Below, in pieces: positions 29,528 to 38,900 of a stretch of DNA of 64,000 nucleotides. The notes below the pieces were generated by a model. The model worked only from the letters and a program-made list of their open reading frames with translations. It did no database searches and was not told the DNA's origin. Origin of the DNA: Candidatus Eiseniibacteriota bacterium (GTDB taxonomy: Bacteria > Eisenbacteria > RBG-16-71-46 > SZUA-252); contig JANMQV010000152.1 in the NCBI GenBank assembly GCA_031370645.1, forward strand, positions 16,144-80,143, written 5' to 3'. Numbering within the stretch: position 1 is the stretch's first letter; each line of letters starts with the position of its first letter. Position numbers and translations under genes: made by a program.

Positions 29528-30249
29528 TCACCGTTTTCCTGTCCGACATTCACGGCAATCTCGAGGCGCTCCAGGCGGTCCTCGCGGCCGTCGACACCTA
29601 CGCACCCGACCGGATCGTCTGCCTCGGCGACGTCGTCGGCTACGGCGCGAGCCCGAACGAGTGCCTCGACCTGGTTCGCTCCCGCTGCAAGACCGTTCTC
29701 CTGGGCAATCACGACGCGGCGGCGAGCGGTGGGCCGGAGATCGCCCGGTTCAATATCCACGCGCGGGTCGCCGCCGAGTGGACGAGCCGTGTGCTGACTC
29801 GGGAGAACCGCGAATTCCTCCAGCGCCTCCCCCTCACGTTCGACGGGAACGGCTTTCTCTGCGTCCACGCCTCGCCGGCCACGCCGCGCGATTGGGAGTA
29901 CCTGCTCGATCGCTTCGACGCCGAGCCGCAGTTCGCCTACTTCAACGTGCCGGTCTGCTTCATCGGGCATACGCACCAGCCGGCGATTTTCATGGCCGAT
30001 CCGGCGGGGTGCCGCTCGCTCCCGGTCGGATCGCTCTCGCTCGACCCACAACGCCGCTACATCGTGAACGTGGGGAGCGTCGGCCAGCCGCGCGACCGCG
30101 ATCCTCGCGCCTGCTTCGTGGTCTATCACGAACTGGCGAGTCGCATCGAATACGTCCGCGTCGCCTATCCGGTCGAGTTGGCCCAGGAACGGATCCGAGC
30201 CGCGCGTCTTCCCGAGGTCCTGGCCACCCGCCTCGCCACGGGGGAATAA
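29524..30249 (+). CDS. metallophosphoesterase (calcineurin-like, YfcE/MJ0936 family)
   Basis: DIHGN, GDVVGYG and GNHD motifs of the calcineurin-like phosphoesterase fold. Confidence 0.75.
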   Translation: MITVFLSDIHGNLEALQAVLAAVDTYAPDRIVCLGDVVGYGASPNECLDLVRSRCKTVLLGNHDAAASGGPEIARFNIHARVAAEWTSRVLTRENREFLQRLPLTFDGNGFLCVHASPATPRDWEYLLDRFDAEPQFAYFNVPVCFIGHTHQPAIFMADPAGCRSLPVGSLSLDPQRRYIVNVGSVGQPRDRDPRACFVVYHELASRIEYVRVAYPVELAQERIRAARLPEVLATRLATGE

Positions 30250-30250
30250 C

Positions 30251-31054
30251 GTGGCGCCCCGCGCTTCCACCGAAGAACACTGGAATCGATTCTGGACCGA
30301 ACGCGCCGATATCGACGCGGTCTATCCGACGGACGGCCGCGTGGTGGAACAGATCGTGGCCGAGGGCTCGGTGGCGGGGAAGCGGATCATGGAGGTCGGT
30401 GCGGGATCGGGGCGCGACAGCGTGCGGCTCGCCGCTGCGGGCGCCACGGCCGTGATCCTCGACTACTCCGTCCCCTCCCTCGAGACGGCGCGCCGCGTCG
30501 CCGAACGGGAGGGAGTCCGCGCGCACTTCGTCCGCGCCGACGCGCTCCGGCTCCCGTTCCGCGATGGGGCGTTCGACGTCGTCTTCCACCAGGGATTGCT
30601 GGAGCACTTCCGCGATCCGGCGCCGCTCCTTCGCGAGAATGTGCGCGTCCTGGCGCCCGGCGCGCTCCTCTTGGTCGACGTTCCGCAGCGATTCCATCTC
30701 TATACCGTGGCGAAGCACGTCCTCATCGCCATGGGGAAGTGGTTCGCCGGCTGGGAGACAGAATTCTCGATCGGAGAGCTGGAGCGCGCCATGCGAGGGG
30801 CCGGCGTGAGGATCACGAGCCGCTACGGCGCGTGGATGATTCCCGGCCTCTTCTACCGCGGACTCCGCCTCGTTCTCTTGAAGTTTGGTCTGGCGCGGCT
30901 TCCGCTCTACCCGCCGCCCGTGCCGATCGTCACGCCGGTCTCGCGGGCGCTCCGCCGCGCGTGGGAGCAAACCCCCTTCGCGATCCACACCTACTTCGTG
31001 ATCGGAGCGCTCGGCCGGAAGGATGGCGGCGGGGCGACGCCGCGCCGCGCTTGA
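30251..31054 (+). CDS. class I SAM-dependent methyltransferase (Methyltransf_11/25 type)
   Basis: EVGAGSGRD motif I, acidic end of strand 2 (ILDYS), motif post I/II (FDVVFHQGLLEHF). Confidence 0.7.
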   Translation: MAPRASTEEHWNRFWTERADIDAVYPTDGRVVEQIVAEGSVAGKRIMEVGAGSGRDSVRLAAAGATAVILDYSVPSLETARRVAEREGVRAHFVRADALRLPFRDGAFDVVFHQGLLEHFRDPAPLLRENVRVLAPGALLLVDVPQRFHLYTVAKHVLIAMGKWFAGWETEFSIGELERAMRGAGVRITSRYGAWMIPGLFYRGLRLVLLKFGLARLPLYPPPVPIVTPVSRALRRAWEQTPFAIHTYFVIGALGRKDGGGATPRRA

Positions 31055-32172
31055 GAATCGTCGCCCTGAACTGGCGCGATCCGCGGCACCCGGAAGCGGG
31101 CGGCGCCGAACTCCACCTTCTCGAGATCCTCAAGCGCTGCGTTCGCGACGGCGATCAGGTCACCTGGCTCGCCGAAGCATTCCCCGGCGCCGCCGCCGAG
31201 GACGTGGTGGAGGGCATCCGAATCGCTCGCGCGGGCACGTGGTACAATGCCCACCTTGCCCTCGGAGCGCTCTATCGCGCACGGTATCGGAGGGAGCGCG
31301 TCGATTTGGTGCTCGAGGACATCAACAAGGTGCCGTTCTTCACACCGCTCTTCGCGCGCGCCCCGGTGCTCGCGGTGGTGCCTCACCTCTTCGGCGCAAC
31401 CGTCTTTCGCGAGGCACCGATTCCGGTCGGCGCCGTCGTCTGGGCCCACGAATCACTCCTCCCCTTCGTCTACCGACACACTCCCTTTCTCGCCATCTCC
31501 GACAGCACTCGTGAGGATCTCGTCCGCCGGGGAATCGCGCGCGAACGGATCTCCGTCGTCCGCTGCGGGCTCGATCAGAGCGCCTATGCCGTCACGATGC
31601 CTCCCGAGGCGCGCGGCCCTGTTGTGGCGTTCCTGGGGCGACTCCGAAAGTACAAGGGAGCGCAGTTCGTCCTCCGCGCCTTTCCCGCGGTCCTCGCGGC
31701 GGTCCCCGAGGCTCGCCTCGACGTGATCGGCGACGGACCCTATCGCGCGGAGCTCGAGCGGCTCGCCAACCGACTCGGCATCGCGTCGCGCGTTCGGTTT
31801 CTCGGCGCGCTCTCGCACGCGGCCAAGGTGGCCGCCTTGAACGAGGCGCAGGTCGCGACCTGCCCCTCGCCCAAGGAAGGGTGGGGACTCACCGTCATCG
31901 AGGCGAACGCCTGCGGTGCCCCGGTCGTGGCGAGTCGAAGTCCCGGTCTCGTGGAATCGGTCCGCGACGGCGAGACGGGACTCCTCGTCCCGCATGGAGA
32001 CGTCCCGGCGCTGGCCGCCGGCATCACGCGGCTCCTTCGCGATCGCTCGGAGCGGCTCCGGATGGCGGAGGCGGGAAGTCGCTGGGCCGCGACGTTCGAT
32101 TGGGAGACCTGTTATCGCGAGAGCCGCGCCTGTTTCGCGCGCGCGGCGGCGTCGCGGGGAGCGGCCGCGTGA
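31051..32172 (+). CDS. glycosyltransferase family 4
   Basis: GT-B fold with the C-terminal GT4 signature (EGWGLTVIEANACGAPVVASRSPGLVESV). TTG start overlaps the preceding stop. Confidence 0.75.
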   Translation: MRIVALNWRDPRHPEAGGAELHLLEILKRCVRDGDQVTWLAEAFPGAAAEDVVEGIRIARAGTWYNAHLALGALYRARYRRERVDLVLEDINKVPFFTPLFARAPVLAVVPHLFGATVFREAPIPVGAVVWAHESLLPFVYRHTPFLAISDSTREDLVRRGIARERISVVRCGLDQSAYAVTMPPEARGPVVAFLGRLRKYKGAQFVLRAFPAVLAAVPEARLDVIGDGPYRAELERLANRLGIASRVRFLGALSHAAKVAALNEAQVATCPSPKEGWGLTVIEANACGAPVVASRSPGLVESVRDGETGLLVPHGDVPALAAGITRLLRDRSERLRMAEAGSRWAATFDWETCYRESRACFARAAASRGAAA

Positions 32173-33218
32173 CGCCGCGCTGGGGCGAGTTCTTCAAGCG
32201 CTACAAACTTCTCCTCGTGGGGGTGAAGATCGGGCTCTCCCTCGCGCTCTTCGCCTACGTCGTGGCGAAGGTTTCGCCCGGAAACGTCTGGGCGGTGGTC
32301 CGCCACGCCAATCCCACCTATCTCGGCGCCGCGGCGGCGCTCTTCGTCTTCTCGAATCTGGTCGGTTCGTGGCTCTGGGCGAGGCTCCTGCGCGCGCAGG
32401 GGGTGAACATCCCGTATCGAAACGCGGCCGCTTACTATTTCGTCGGCCTCTTCTTCAACAATTTCCTCCCGTCGAACATCGGCGGCGACATCGCGCGGAT
32501 CAGCGACGCCTCGAAGCACGCGACGAACGTCAGTTCGGTGTTCTCCGCCACGCTCATGGATCGGCTCCTCGGCGTCGTTTCGATCGCGCTCCTCGCCGTC
32601 ATCGCGTCGTTCGCCTCGCTCGATCGGTTCCACCTCTACGCCATCTACGGCGGAATCGTGCTCGTCTTCGTCACCTCGCTCGCGCTCTTTCTCAGCATTT
32701 TCCACCGCGGGGTGTTGAAGGCGTTCGAGTGGCCGTTCCGTGTGCTGGGGCTCCGAAAGGTAGAGGAGGGGATCGGACGCCTGCTCGACGACCTCCACGG
32801 GTTCCGGAACGAGAAGGCGGCGCTCCGGGCGGCGTTCCTGGCCAGCTCGCTCGTGCAGATCAGCCGGATCTATGTCCATTACCTGGTTGGCCTTTCCCTG
32901 GGAGTCCAGCTCGCGGCGGGGTACTATTTCCTCTTCGTGCCCGTTTTGGCCGCCCTGGTCTCTCTTCCGATTTCTATGAACGGACTCGGGATCCGGGAGG
33001 GGGCGTCGGTGGTTCTATTTCAGATGGCCGGGCTGACGCGGGAGCAAGCGTTCACGATCCCGTTCGTCACCTATCTCATGTCGGTGTTCATCAGCCTTCT
33101 CGGCGGTTTCATTTTCGTCACGCGGTCGCCTCGTCGCGCCTTGGCTCGGAAACTCGAAGCGAGACGGGAGAAGCGGGCGGAGAAAGCCGCCTCCATCGGT
33201 AGGGAGGACTCTCGGTGA
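32169..33218 (+). CDS. flippase-like membrane protein (lysylphosphatidylglycerol-synthase TM-region family, UPF0104)
   Basis: Eight or so TM helices with the conserved NFLPSNIGGDIAR-type motif of the LPG_synthase_TM / TIGR00374 family. These often sit next to Dpm1/GtrB-like GT2s in glycosylation loci. Confidence 0.55.
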   Translation: MTPRWGEFFKRYKLLLVGVKIGLSLALFAYVVAKVSPGNVWAVVRHANPTYLGAAAALFVFSNLVGSWLWARLLRAQGVNIPYRNAAAYYFVGLFFNNFLPSNIGGDIARISDASKHATNVSSVFSATLMDRLLGVVSIALLAVIASFASLDRFHLYAIYGGIVLVFVTSLALFLSIFHRGVLKAFEWPFRVLGLRKVEEGIGRLLDDLHGFRNEKAALRAAFLASSLVQISRIYVHYLVGLSLGVQLAAGYYFLFVPVLAALVSLPISMNGLGIREGASVVLFQMAGLTREQAFTIPFVTYLMSVFISLLGGFIFVTRSPRRALARKLEARREKRAEKAASIGREDSR

Positions 33219-35809
33219 ATTCATGGAAGCGCTGGCACGCGATCTTCGGCGCGCTCGCCTTGGGCGTACCGCTCTTCGTGTTCCTTCGCACGCTCACGGT
33301 CACGGTCCCGTTCTGGGATTCGGGCGAGTACATCGCCACATCCCGCATTCTCGGCCTTCCGCACCCGCCGGGGAACCCGGTCTACACGATGCTCGGGCGC
33401 ATGCTGACGCTCATCCCCATCGCGAGCATCGCCCAGCGCGTGAACTTCATGAGCGCCCTCGCGTCGGCGCTGACCTGCTTCTTCACCTATCTTGTCGTGG
33501 TCCGCGCGCTTCGCCGCACGTTCGAGGATCGCTTCGAGTCGGGCGCCGCCTGGGTCGCCTGCTTGGTTGGAGGATTGACGGCCGCGTTCTTCGTCGCGTT
33601 CTCCTCGTCGTTCTGGGACAGCGCCATCGAAGCCGAAGTCTATTCGCTCTCCTCGGCGCTCATCGCCTTTACGATGTGGCTCGCGTTCCGCTGGTGGGAC
33701 CGCCTCGATCAGCCGGGGAACGACAAACTGCTGATCCTCGTCACGTACATTCTCGGAGTCTCGACGGGCGTTCACCTCGGCACGATCCTCGTGGCGCCGG
33801 GGCTCCTGTTCCTTCTCGCGCTCATCCGTCCGACGATCTTCACGTCGGGCCGTTTCTGGGCTTCCGCGCTCCTCCTCCTCGGCACCCTCGCGTTTCTCGG
33901 GATCACGGAGGCTTCGGGCTGGAGTCCGCCGCTTCTGGTGCTCATCCTCCTCATCGGGGGTCTCGCCGCCTTTCTCATCTCGCGACGCGACCGGCTGGTG
34001 CGCGACAACCTGGCCACCTGGTGGGCGCTCGCGGTGCTGGTCGGATTTTCGGTGCAGCTCTTCCTTCTCATCCGTAGCCAGCAGATGCCGGCCATCAACG
34101 AGGGAAGCCCCTCCACGTTCGAGGCCTGGAAGGACTATCTCCTCCGGAAGCAGTACGGTCCGTCGAATCCGTTCGATCGCCGCGCCGACCTCTGGTTCCA
34201 GATCACGCACATGTACTTCCGCTACGTCGGGGAGCAGTGGAAGATCATCAACAAGATCGGCTCCCTGGACATCCAATCGTTCTGGGTTCGCCTCGTGAAC
34301 ATGCTTCCCTTCGCTCTCGCGTTCCTCGGGGCGTGGTGGAACGCCCAGCGCGACAAGAAGACCTTCTGGTTCTTCGTCGCGCAAAACGTCATCATGGCGC
34401 CCTTCCTGATTTTCTATCTCAATTTCACCGACCACGAGGTGCGGGAGCGCGACTACTTCTTCACCAACTCCTACCACTTCATCGCCATCTGGATCGGAAT
34501 GGGGGCCGCCGCGCTCCTCCATTCGGTCGTGGAGGCGATCGCGCCGGCGGGAGCGAGGGCCGCGCCGCCGCCGCGCCCGGCCGCCGCCCTGGCGGAAGGG
34601 GCGGGGAGTTCGGAGCCGGGGCCGCTTCCGGCCGCGCCGGCTGCCGCCTGGATCGTCGGCATCGCGCTCATCGGCTTCTCGGCGCTGCCGGCTCGCGCCG
34701 GATGGTTCGAGCACGACCGGTCGAATTTCTGGATCGCGCAGAACTACGCCTACAACATGCTCGCCCCGCTCGCGCCGAACTCGATCGTCATGACGAATGG
34801 CGACAACGACACCTTCCCGCTCTGGTACATCCAGGAGGTGGAAGGATTCCGGAAAGACATCCGAGTCGTGAACATGAGCCTCCTGAACACGCCCTGGTAC
34901 ATCCTCCAGTTGAAGAATCTCGAGCCGAAGGTCCCCTTCAGTTACACCGACGCGGAGATCGAGAAGCTCTACCCCTACCTCGACGAAAAATCGGGGCAGG
35001 TCGTCTGGGTGAAGGACCTCGCCGTGAAGAACATGATGGCGGCGAACGCCTGGAATAAGCCCGTCTACTTGGCCGTCACCGTTCCCGATCAGATGGGGAT
35101 GGACAAGCAACTGACGCTCGAGGGGCTGGTCTATCGGATCTCCCCCCAGCCCGTCACGAACGAGATCGATCTCAACCGGACCATGAAGAACCTCTACGAG
35201 GTCTTCAGATATCGCGGGCTCCTTGACGCGAATCGGAATTTCGACAAGGCGGTGTATAAGGACGATAACGCGATGCGCCTGGTGCAGAACTATTCGGCGG
35301 CGCACGTCCAGGTGGCCTATCAGCTCCAGTCGCAGCAGCGCCCGGCGGAGGCGATCAAGGTTCTCGAGGACGCGCGGAAGATCTCTCCCGACTTCCCGGG
35401 TCTGCTCGAATATCTGGGCCGTCTCTACGACCAGACCGGGAATCCAGCGAAGGCGGAGGCGTACTACCGCGAGGGCCTGGAGCGATTCCCGAGTTCGCCC
35501 GAGTTCTACTTCCATCTCGGCACGCTCGCCTACCGGCAAGGCAAAGTCGACGAGGCCGTGCAACTCCTCCGCCGCGCGACCGAGCTGAGCCAGCAATACT
35601 TCGATTGGTACAGCGCGCTCTTCACGGTCCTCTGGCAGACGGGGCAGAAGGCGGAAGCGATCGATGTCCTCCGCAACTGGCTCCGCGCCCATCCCGAGGA
35701 TCAGCAGACGTCGGAGGAGATCAAGCGCTTCGAGGATTCGCTCCGGACCGCTCCGCCGGGATTGCAGGACAAGTTGCGAACCTCCGGCTCGCGGGCCTTG
35801 GTTCGTTGA
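33215..35809 (+). CDS. DUF2723/TMEM260-like GT-C-fold membrane glycosyltransferase candidate with C-terminal TPR repeats
   Basis: Polytopic N-terminal half with the FWDSGEYIATS...LGLPHPPGNPVY signature recalled for DUF2723 (PMT/ArnT-related GT-C). A roughly 40-aa Ala/Pro linker. The C-terminal soluble region has TPR repeats (AEAYYREGLERFPSSPEFYFHLGTLAYRQGKVDEAVQLLRRA). Confidence 0.55.
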   Translation: MNSWKRWHAIFGALALGVPLFVFLRTLTVTVPFWDSGEYIATSRILGLPHPPGNPVYTMLGRMLTLIPIASIAQRVNFMSALASALTCFFTYLVVVRALRRTFEDRFESGAAWVACLVGGLTAAFFVAFSSSFWDSAIEAEVYSLSSALIAFTMWLAFRWWDRLDQPGNDKLLILVTYILGVSTGVHLGTILVAPGLLFLLALIRPTIFTSGRFWASALLLLGTLAFLGITEASGWSPPLLVLILLIGGLAAFLISRRDRLVRDNLATWWALAVLVGFSVQLFLLIRSQQMPAINEGSPSTFEAWKDYLLRKQYGPSNPFDRRADLWFQITHMYFRYVGEQWKIINKIGSLDIQSFWVRLVNMLPFALAFLGAWWNAQRDKKTFWFFVAQNVIMAPFLIFYLNFTDHEVRERDYFFTNSYHFIAIWIGMGAAALLHSVVEAIAPAGARAAPPPRPAAALAEGAGSSEPGPLPAAPAAAWIVGIALIGFSALPARAGWFEHDRSNFWIAQNYAYNMLAPLAPNSIVMTNGDNDTFPLWYIQEVEGFRKDIRVVNMSLLNTPWYILQLKNLEPKVPFSYTDAEIEKLYPYLDEKSGQVVWVKDLAVKNMMAANAWNKPVYLAVTVPDQMGMDKQLTLEGLVYRISPQPVTNEIDLNRTMKNLYEVFRYRGLLDANRNFDKAVYKDDNAMRLVQNYSAAHVQVAYQLQSQQRPAEAIKVLEDARKISPDFPGLLEYLGRLYDQTGNPAKAEAYYREGLERFPSSPEFYFHLGTLAYRQGKVDEAVQLLRRATELSQQYFDWYSALFTVLWQTGQKAEAIDVLRNWLRAHPEDQQTSEEIKRFEDSLRTAPPGLQDKLRTSGSRALVR

Positions 35810-35816
35810 GAGGCCG

Positions 35817-36770
35817 ATGCGCGCGCTCGTGACGGGGGCGGCTGGATTCATCGGTTCGAGCCTCGTCGACGCCCTGCTCGAATCGGGGGTGGAGGTGATC
35901 GGCTTCGATGCGTTCACCGGCAATTACGATGCGACGCGGAAACGGGCGAATCTGGAAGGCGCGCTCGGCCGGCGCGGATTCCGGCTCGTGGAGGGGGATC
36001 TCCGCCACGCCTCGCTGGCTCCGCTCCTCGAGGGGACGACGCACGTTGTCCATCTCGCGGCGCTTCCCGGCGTGCGCGCCAGCTGGGGCGAAGCGTTTCG
36101 CGACTACGCCGAACACAACGTGGTCGGCACGCAGCGGCTCTTGGAGGCGGTGCGGGCGTCGGGCCGCGTGGAGCGGCTCGTGGCCGCGTCGAGCAGCAGC
36201 GTCTATGGCATGCCGCGGCGCTTTCCCACACCGGAGGATGAACCGCCGCGTCCGCTCTCGCCCTACGGCGTGACCAAGGTGGCGACCGAGTCCCTTCTGC
36301 AATCGTATCGGGCCTCGTTCGGCGTGCCGGCGGTGGCCCTTCGTTATTTCACGGTGTACGGACCGCGCCAGCGCCCCGACATGGGGATCCATCGCTTCTT
36401 CGAGGCGGCTCGGGCGGGGAAGCCGGTCACCCTGTTCGGAGACGGAAAGCAGACCCGCGACTTCACGTTCGTGGAGGACGCCGTTCGCGCGACGGTGGCG
36501 GCCATGACGCGGCCCGCCCCCGAACCGGCGTACAATGTCGGCGGTGGGCATCGCGTCTCGCTCGGCGACCTCCTCGACTCGATCGCGGGCGTCGCCGGCA
36601 AGCCGGTCGCGCGCCGCCATGTGGAGGCGCAAGCGGGCGATCCGCGCGATACGTCGGCCGACACGACGCTCGCGAGGCGCGATCTCGGTTACGCGCCTGC
36701 GACGGCGCTCCTCGACGGACTCCGGAGGCAATGGGAATGGCAGCGGAACTTGGCGGCGGCGCCGGCGTGA
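35817..36770 (+). CDS. NAD-dependent epimerase/dehydratase (UDP-sugar 4-epimerase-like SDR)
   Basis: TGAAGFIGS Rossmann motif and the YxxxK catalytic dyad (SPYGVTK). Extended SDR family. Confidence 0.85.
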   Translation: MRALVTGAAGFIGSSLVDALLESGVEVIGFDAFTGNYDATRKRANLEGALGRRGFRLVEGDLRHASLAPLLEGTTHVVHLAALPGVRASWGEAFRDYAEHNVVGTQRLLEAVRASGRVERLVAASSSSVYGMPRRFPTPEDEPPRPLSPYGVTKVATESLLQSYRASFGVPAVALRYFTVYGPRQRPDMGIHRFFEAARAGKPVTLFGDGKQTRDFTFVEDAVRATVAAMTRPAPEPAYNVGGGHRVSLGDLLDSIAGVAGKPVARRHVEAQAGDPRDTSADTTLARRDLGYAPATALLDGLRRQWEWQRNLAAAPA

Positions 36771-37702
36771 GCGCTCCCCCGGTCGATCTCACGGTGCTCA
36801 TCCCCGCCTATAACGAGGCGGAGAACATCCGCCCGCTCCTCGAGAAGCTGGTGAAGGACGTCGCACCGCTCGGCCTGTCGACGGAGATCATCGTCCTCGA
36901 CGACGGCTCGACCGACGGCACGCTCGACGCGGTACGCGCGCTTCGCGGCATGATCCCGGGGCTCCACGTGATTTCGTTCCGCCGCAATTTCGGCAAGTCG
37001 GCCGCTCTCTCCATCGGCTTTCGAGAGGCACAGGGGCGCTTCGTCGTCACGATGGACGCCGATCTCCAGGACGATTCGGCGGAGATCGGGCCGCTTCTTC
37101 GAAAGATCGACGAGGGATTCGATCTCGTCTCCGGTTGGAAGCAGAAGCGGAAGGACCCGATCATGAAGACGGTGCCTTCGAAACTCTTCAACGGCGTCAC
37201 CGCGCGGATGACCGGCGTCTCGCTCCACGACATGAACTGCGGGCTCAAGGCCTATCGCGCCGACGTGGTGAAGACCGTGAAGCTCCGGGGCGAACTCCAC
37301 CGCTTCATTCCGGTCCTCGCGCACTGGAACGGATTTCGAGTCTCCGAGATTCGGACCGTCCACCATCCGCGCCTTCATGGCACGACGAAATTCGGCGCGT
37401 CGCGCTTCCTGAACGGATTCCTCGATCTCCTCGCCGTCATGTTCATGACGACCCAGAGCACGCGGCCGCTCCATCTCTTCGGACGGCTCGGCATCCTTGT
37501 CGCCTTCGTGGGAGGGTGCGCCACGCTCTGGGCCTCCTGGCCCTGGTTCCTGGGAGAGGGGCTTCGCCTCCGGCCGATGCTCGTCTTCGGGCTCGTCCTC
37601 ATCGTGCTCGGCATCCAATTCCTCTCCCTCGGCTTCCTCGGCGAATTGATCGCCGGGACGCGCGCCGCGGATCCCGACTACCCGGTTCGGGAGCGCTTCT
37701 AG
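36731..37702 (+). CDS. GT2 polyprenol-phosphate sugar synthase (GtrB/ArnC/DPM1-like, with C-terminal TM anchor)
   Basis: VLIPAYNEAENI, LDDGSTDGT and the DADLQDD DxD region, plus two C-terminal TM helices. This is the GtrB/CsbB architecture. Confidence 0.75.
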   Translation: MGMAAELGGGAGVSAPPVDLTVLIPAYNEAENIRPLLEKLVKDVAPLGLSTEIIVLDDGSTDGTLDAVRALRGMIPGLHVISFRRNFGKSAALSIGFREAQGRFVVTMDADLQDDSAEIGPLLRKIDEGFDLVSGWKQKRKDPIMKTVPSKLFNGVTARMTGVSLHDMNCGLKAYRADVVKTVKLRGELHRFIPVLAHWNGFRVSEIRTVHHPRLHGTTKFGASRFLNGFLDLLAVMFMTTQSTRPLHLFGRLGILVAFVGGCATLWASWPWFLGEGLRLRPMLVFGLVLIVLGIQFLSLGFLGELIAGTRAADPDYPVRERF

Positions 37703-37742
37703 CGCTTCGGCGCCCGCGCATGGCGTCGGCCCTCGCCCTCCG

Positions 37743-38900
37743 ATGGCGCCCATGAAGGTGGCGCTCCTCGGACCGACCTATCCGCACCGCGGCGGGATCG
37801 CGCACTACACGACACTCCTCTCCCGCGCGTTCGCCGAACGGATCGGCGCCGACTCGCTTTCGATGGTTTCCTTCAGCCGGCTCTATCCGGGGCTCCTCTT
37901 TCCGGGCACCACGCAGTTCGATGAGAGCGGCGAGGCGCTGAGGCCCCCGGTCGAGCCGGCGGCGATGCTCGACAGCATCGCGCCGCACACCTGGTTCGCG
38001 GCGGGAAAGCGGCTGCGCGAGGCGAAGGCCGATCTCCTGGTCGTTCCGTGGTGGCATCCCTTCTTCGGTCCTTCGCTCGGCGTGGCCGCTCGCGCCGCCC
38101 GGCCGCGCGGCGCGGCGGGACCGAAGCGCGTCTTCCTCTGCCACAACGTGGAGCCGCACGAAGCGACACCGCTCGATCGCGCCCTCTCCGCCTATGGACT
38201 CGGCGCGGCCGACGGCTTCCTCGTGCACGCGAGGGCTGAGGAGGCGCGGCTCAAGCGTCGCGCCGACGGGCGACCGATCCGCGTCCATCCTCATCCGACC
38301 TACGAAGTCTTCAGCCGCACCCCGCCCAGCCGCGACGCCGCTCGCGCGACGGTCGGCGCGCGCGGGAAGACGATCCTCTTCTTCGGTTACGTCCGGACCT
38401 ACAAGGGACTCGCCGATCTCCTCGAGGCGCTTCGCCTCGCGCGACCCGATGCCTGGGATACGCTGCTCGTCGTCGGGGAGTTTTATGAATCGCGCGACCG
38501 TTATGCGACCGCGCTGGACGATCCGGCGCTCCGGGGGAAGGTGACGGTCGTCGATCGCTACGTGGCGAACGAGGAAGTCGCGACCTACTTCGCCGCGGCG
38601 GATGTCGTGGCGCTTCCGTACCGCTCCGCCACCGGTTCGGGAATCGCGCAGGTCGCTTACGGTGCCGGCGTGCCGGTGATCGCGACGAGGACGGGTGGAT
38701 TGGAGGAGGTGGTGGAAGAGGGGAGGACGGGGCTCCTCGTGCCGGCGGAGGATCCCGCGTCGTTCGCCCGCGCCGTGGAGCGCTACTTCGACGGCAACCT
38801 CGCCGCGCCGCTCCGCGAAGGAGTGGCGCTCGCGAGGGAACGCTACAGCTGGGGCGCGCTCGTCGAGGCGTTGCTCGATCTGGCGCGGGAGTGTCGGTGA
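37743..38900 (+). CDS. glycosyltransferase family 4
   Basis: GT-B fold. C-terminal GT4 region (SATGSGIAQVAYGAGVPVIATRTGGLEEVV). Confidence 0.75.
   Translation: MAPMKVALLGPTYPHRGGIAHYTTLLSRAFAERIGADSLSMVSFSRLYPGLLFPGTTQFDESGEALRPPVEPAAMLDSIAPHTWFAAGKRLREAKADLLVVPWWHPFFGPSLGVAARAARPRGAAGPKRVFLCHNVEPHEATPLDRALSAYGLGAADGFLVHARAEEARLKRRADGRPIRVHPHPTYEVFSRTPPSRDAARATVGARGKTILFFGYVRTYKGLADLLEALRLARPDAWDTLLVVGEFYESRDRYATALDDPALRGKVTVVDRYVANEEVATYFAAADVVALPYRSATGSGIAQVAYGAGVPVIATRTGGLEEVVEEGRTGLLVPAEDPASFARAVERYFDGNLAAPLREGVALARERYSWGALVEALLDLARECR

Noticed and set aside
33221-35923. 900-aa minus-strand ORF antisense to the DUF2723-TPR gene
   Set aside because: Same reason: Arg/Glu/Asp/Gly low-complexity, no domain, opposite a membrane-protein gene with a coherent hydrophobicity profile.
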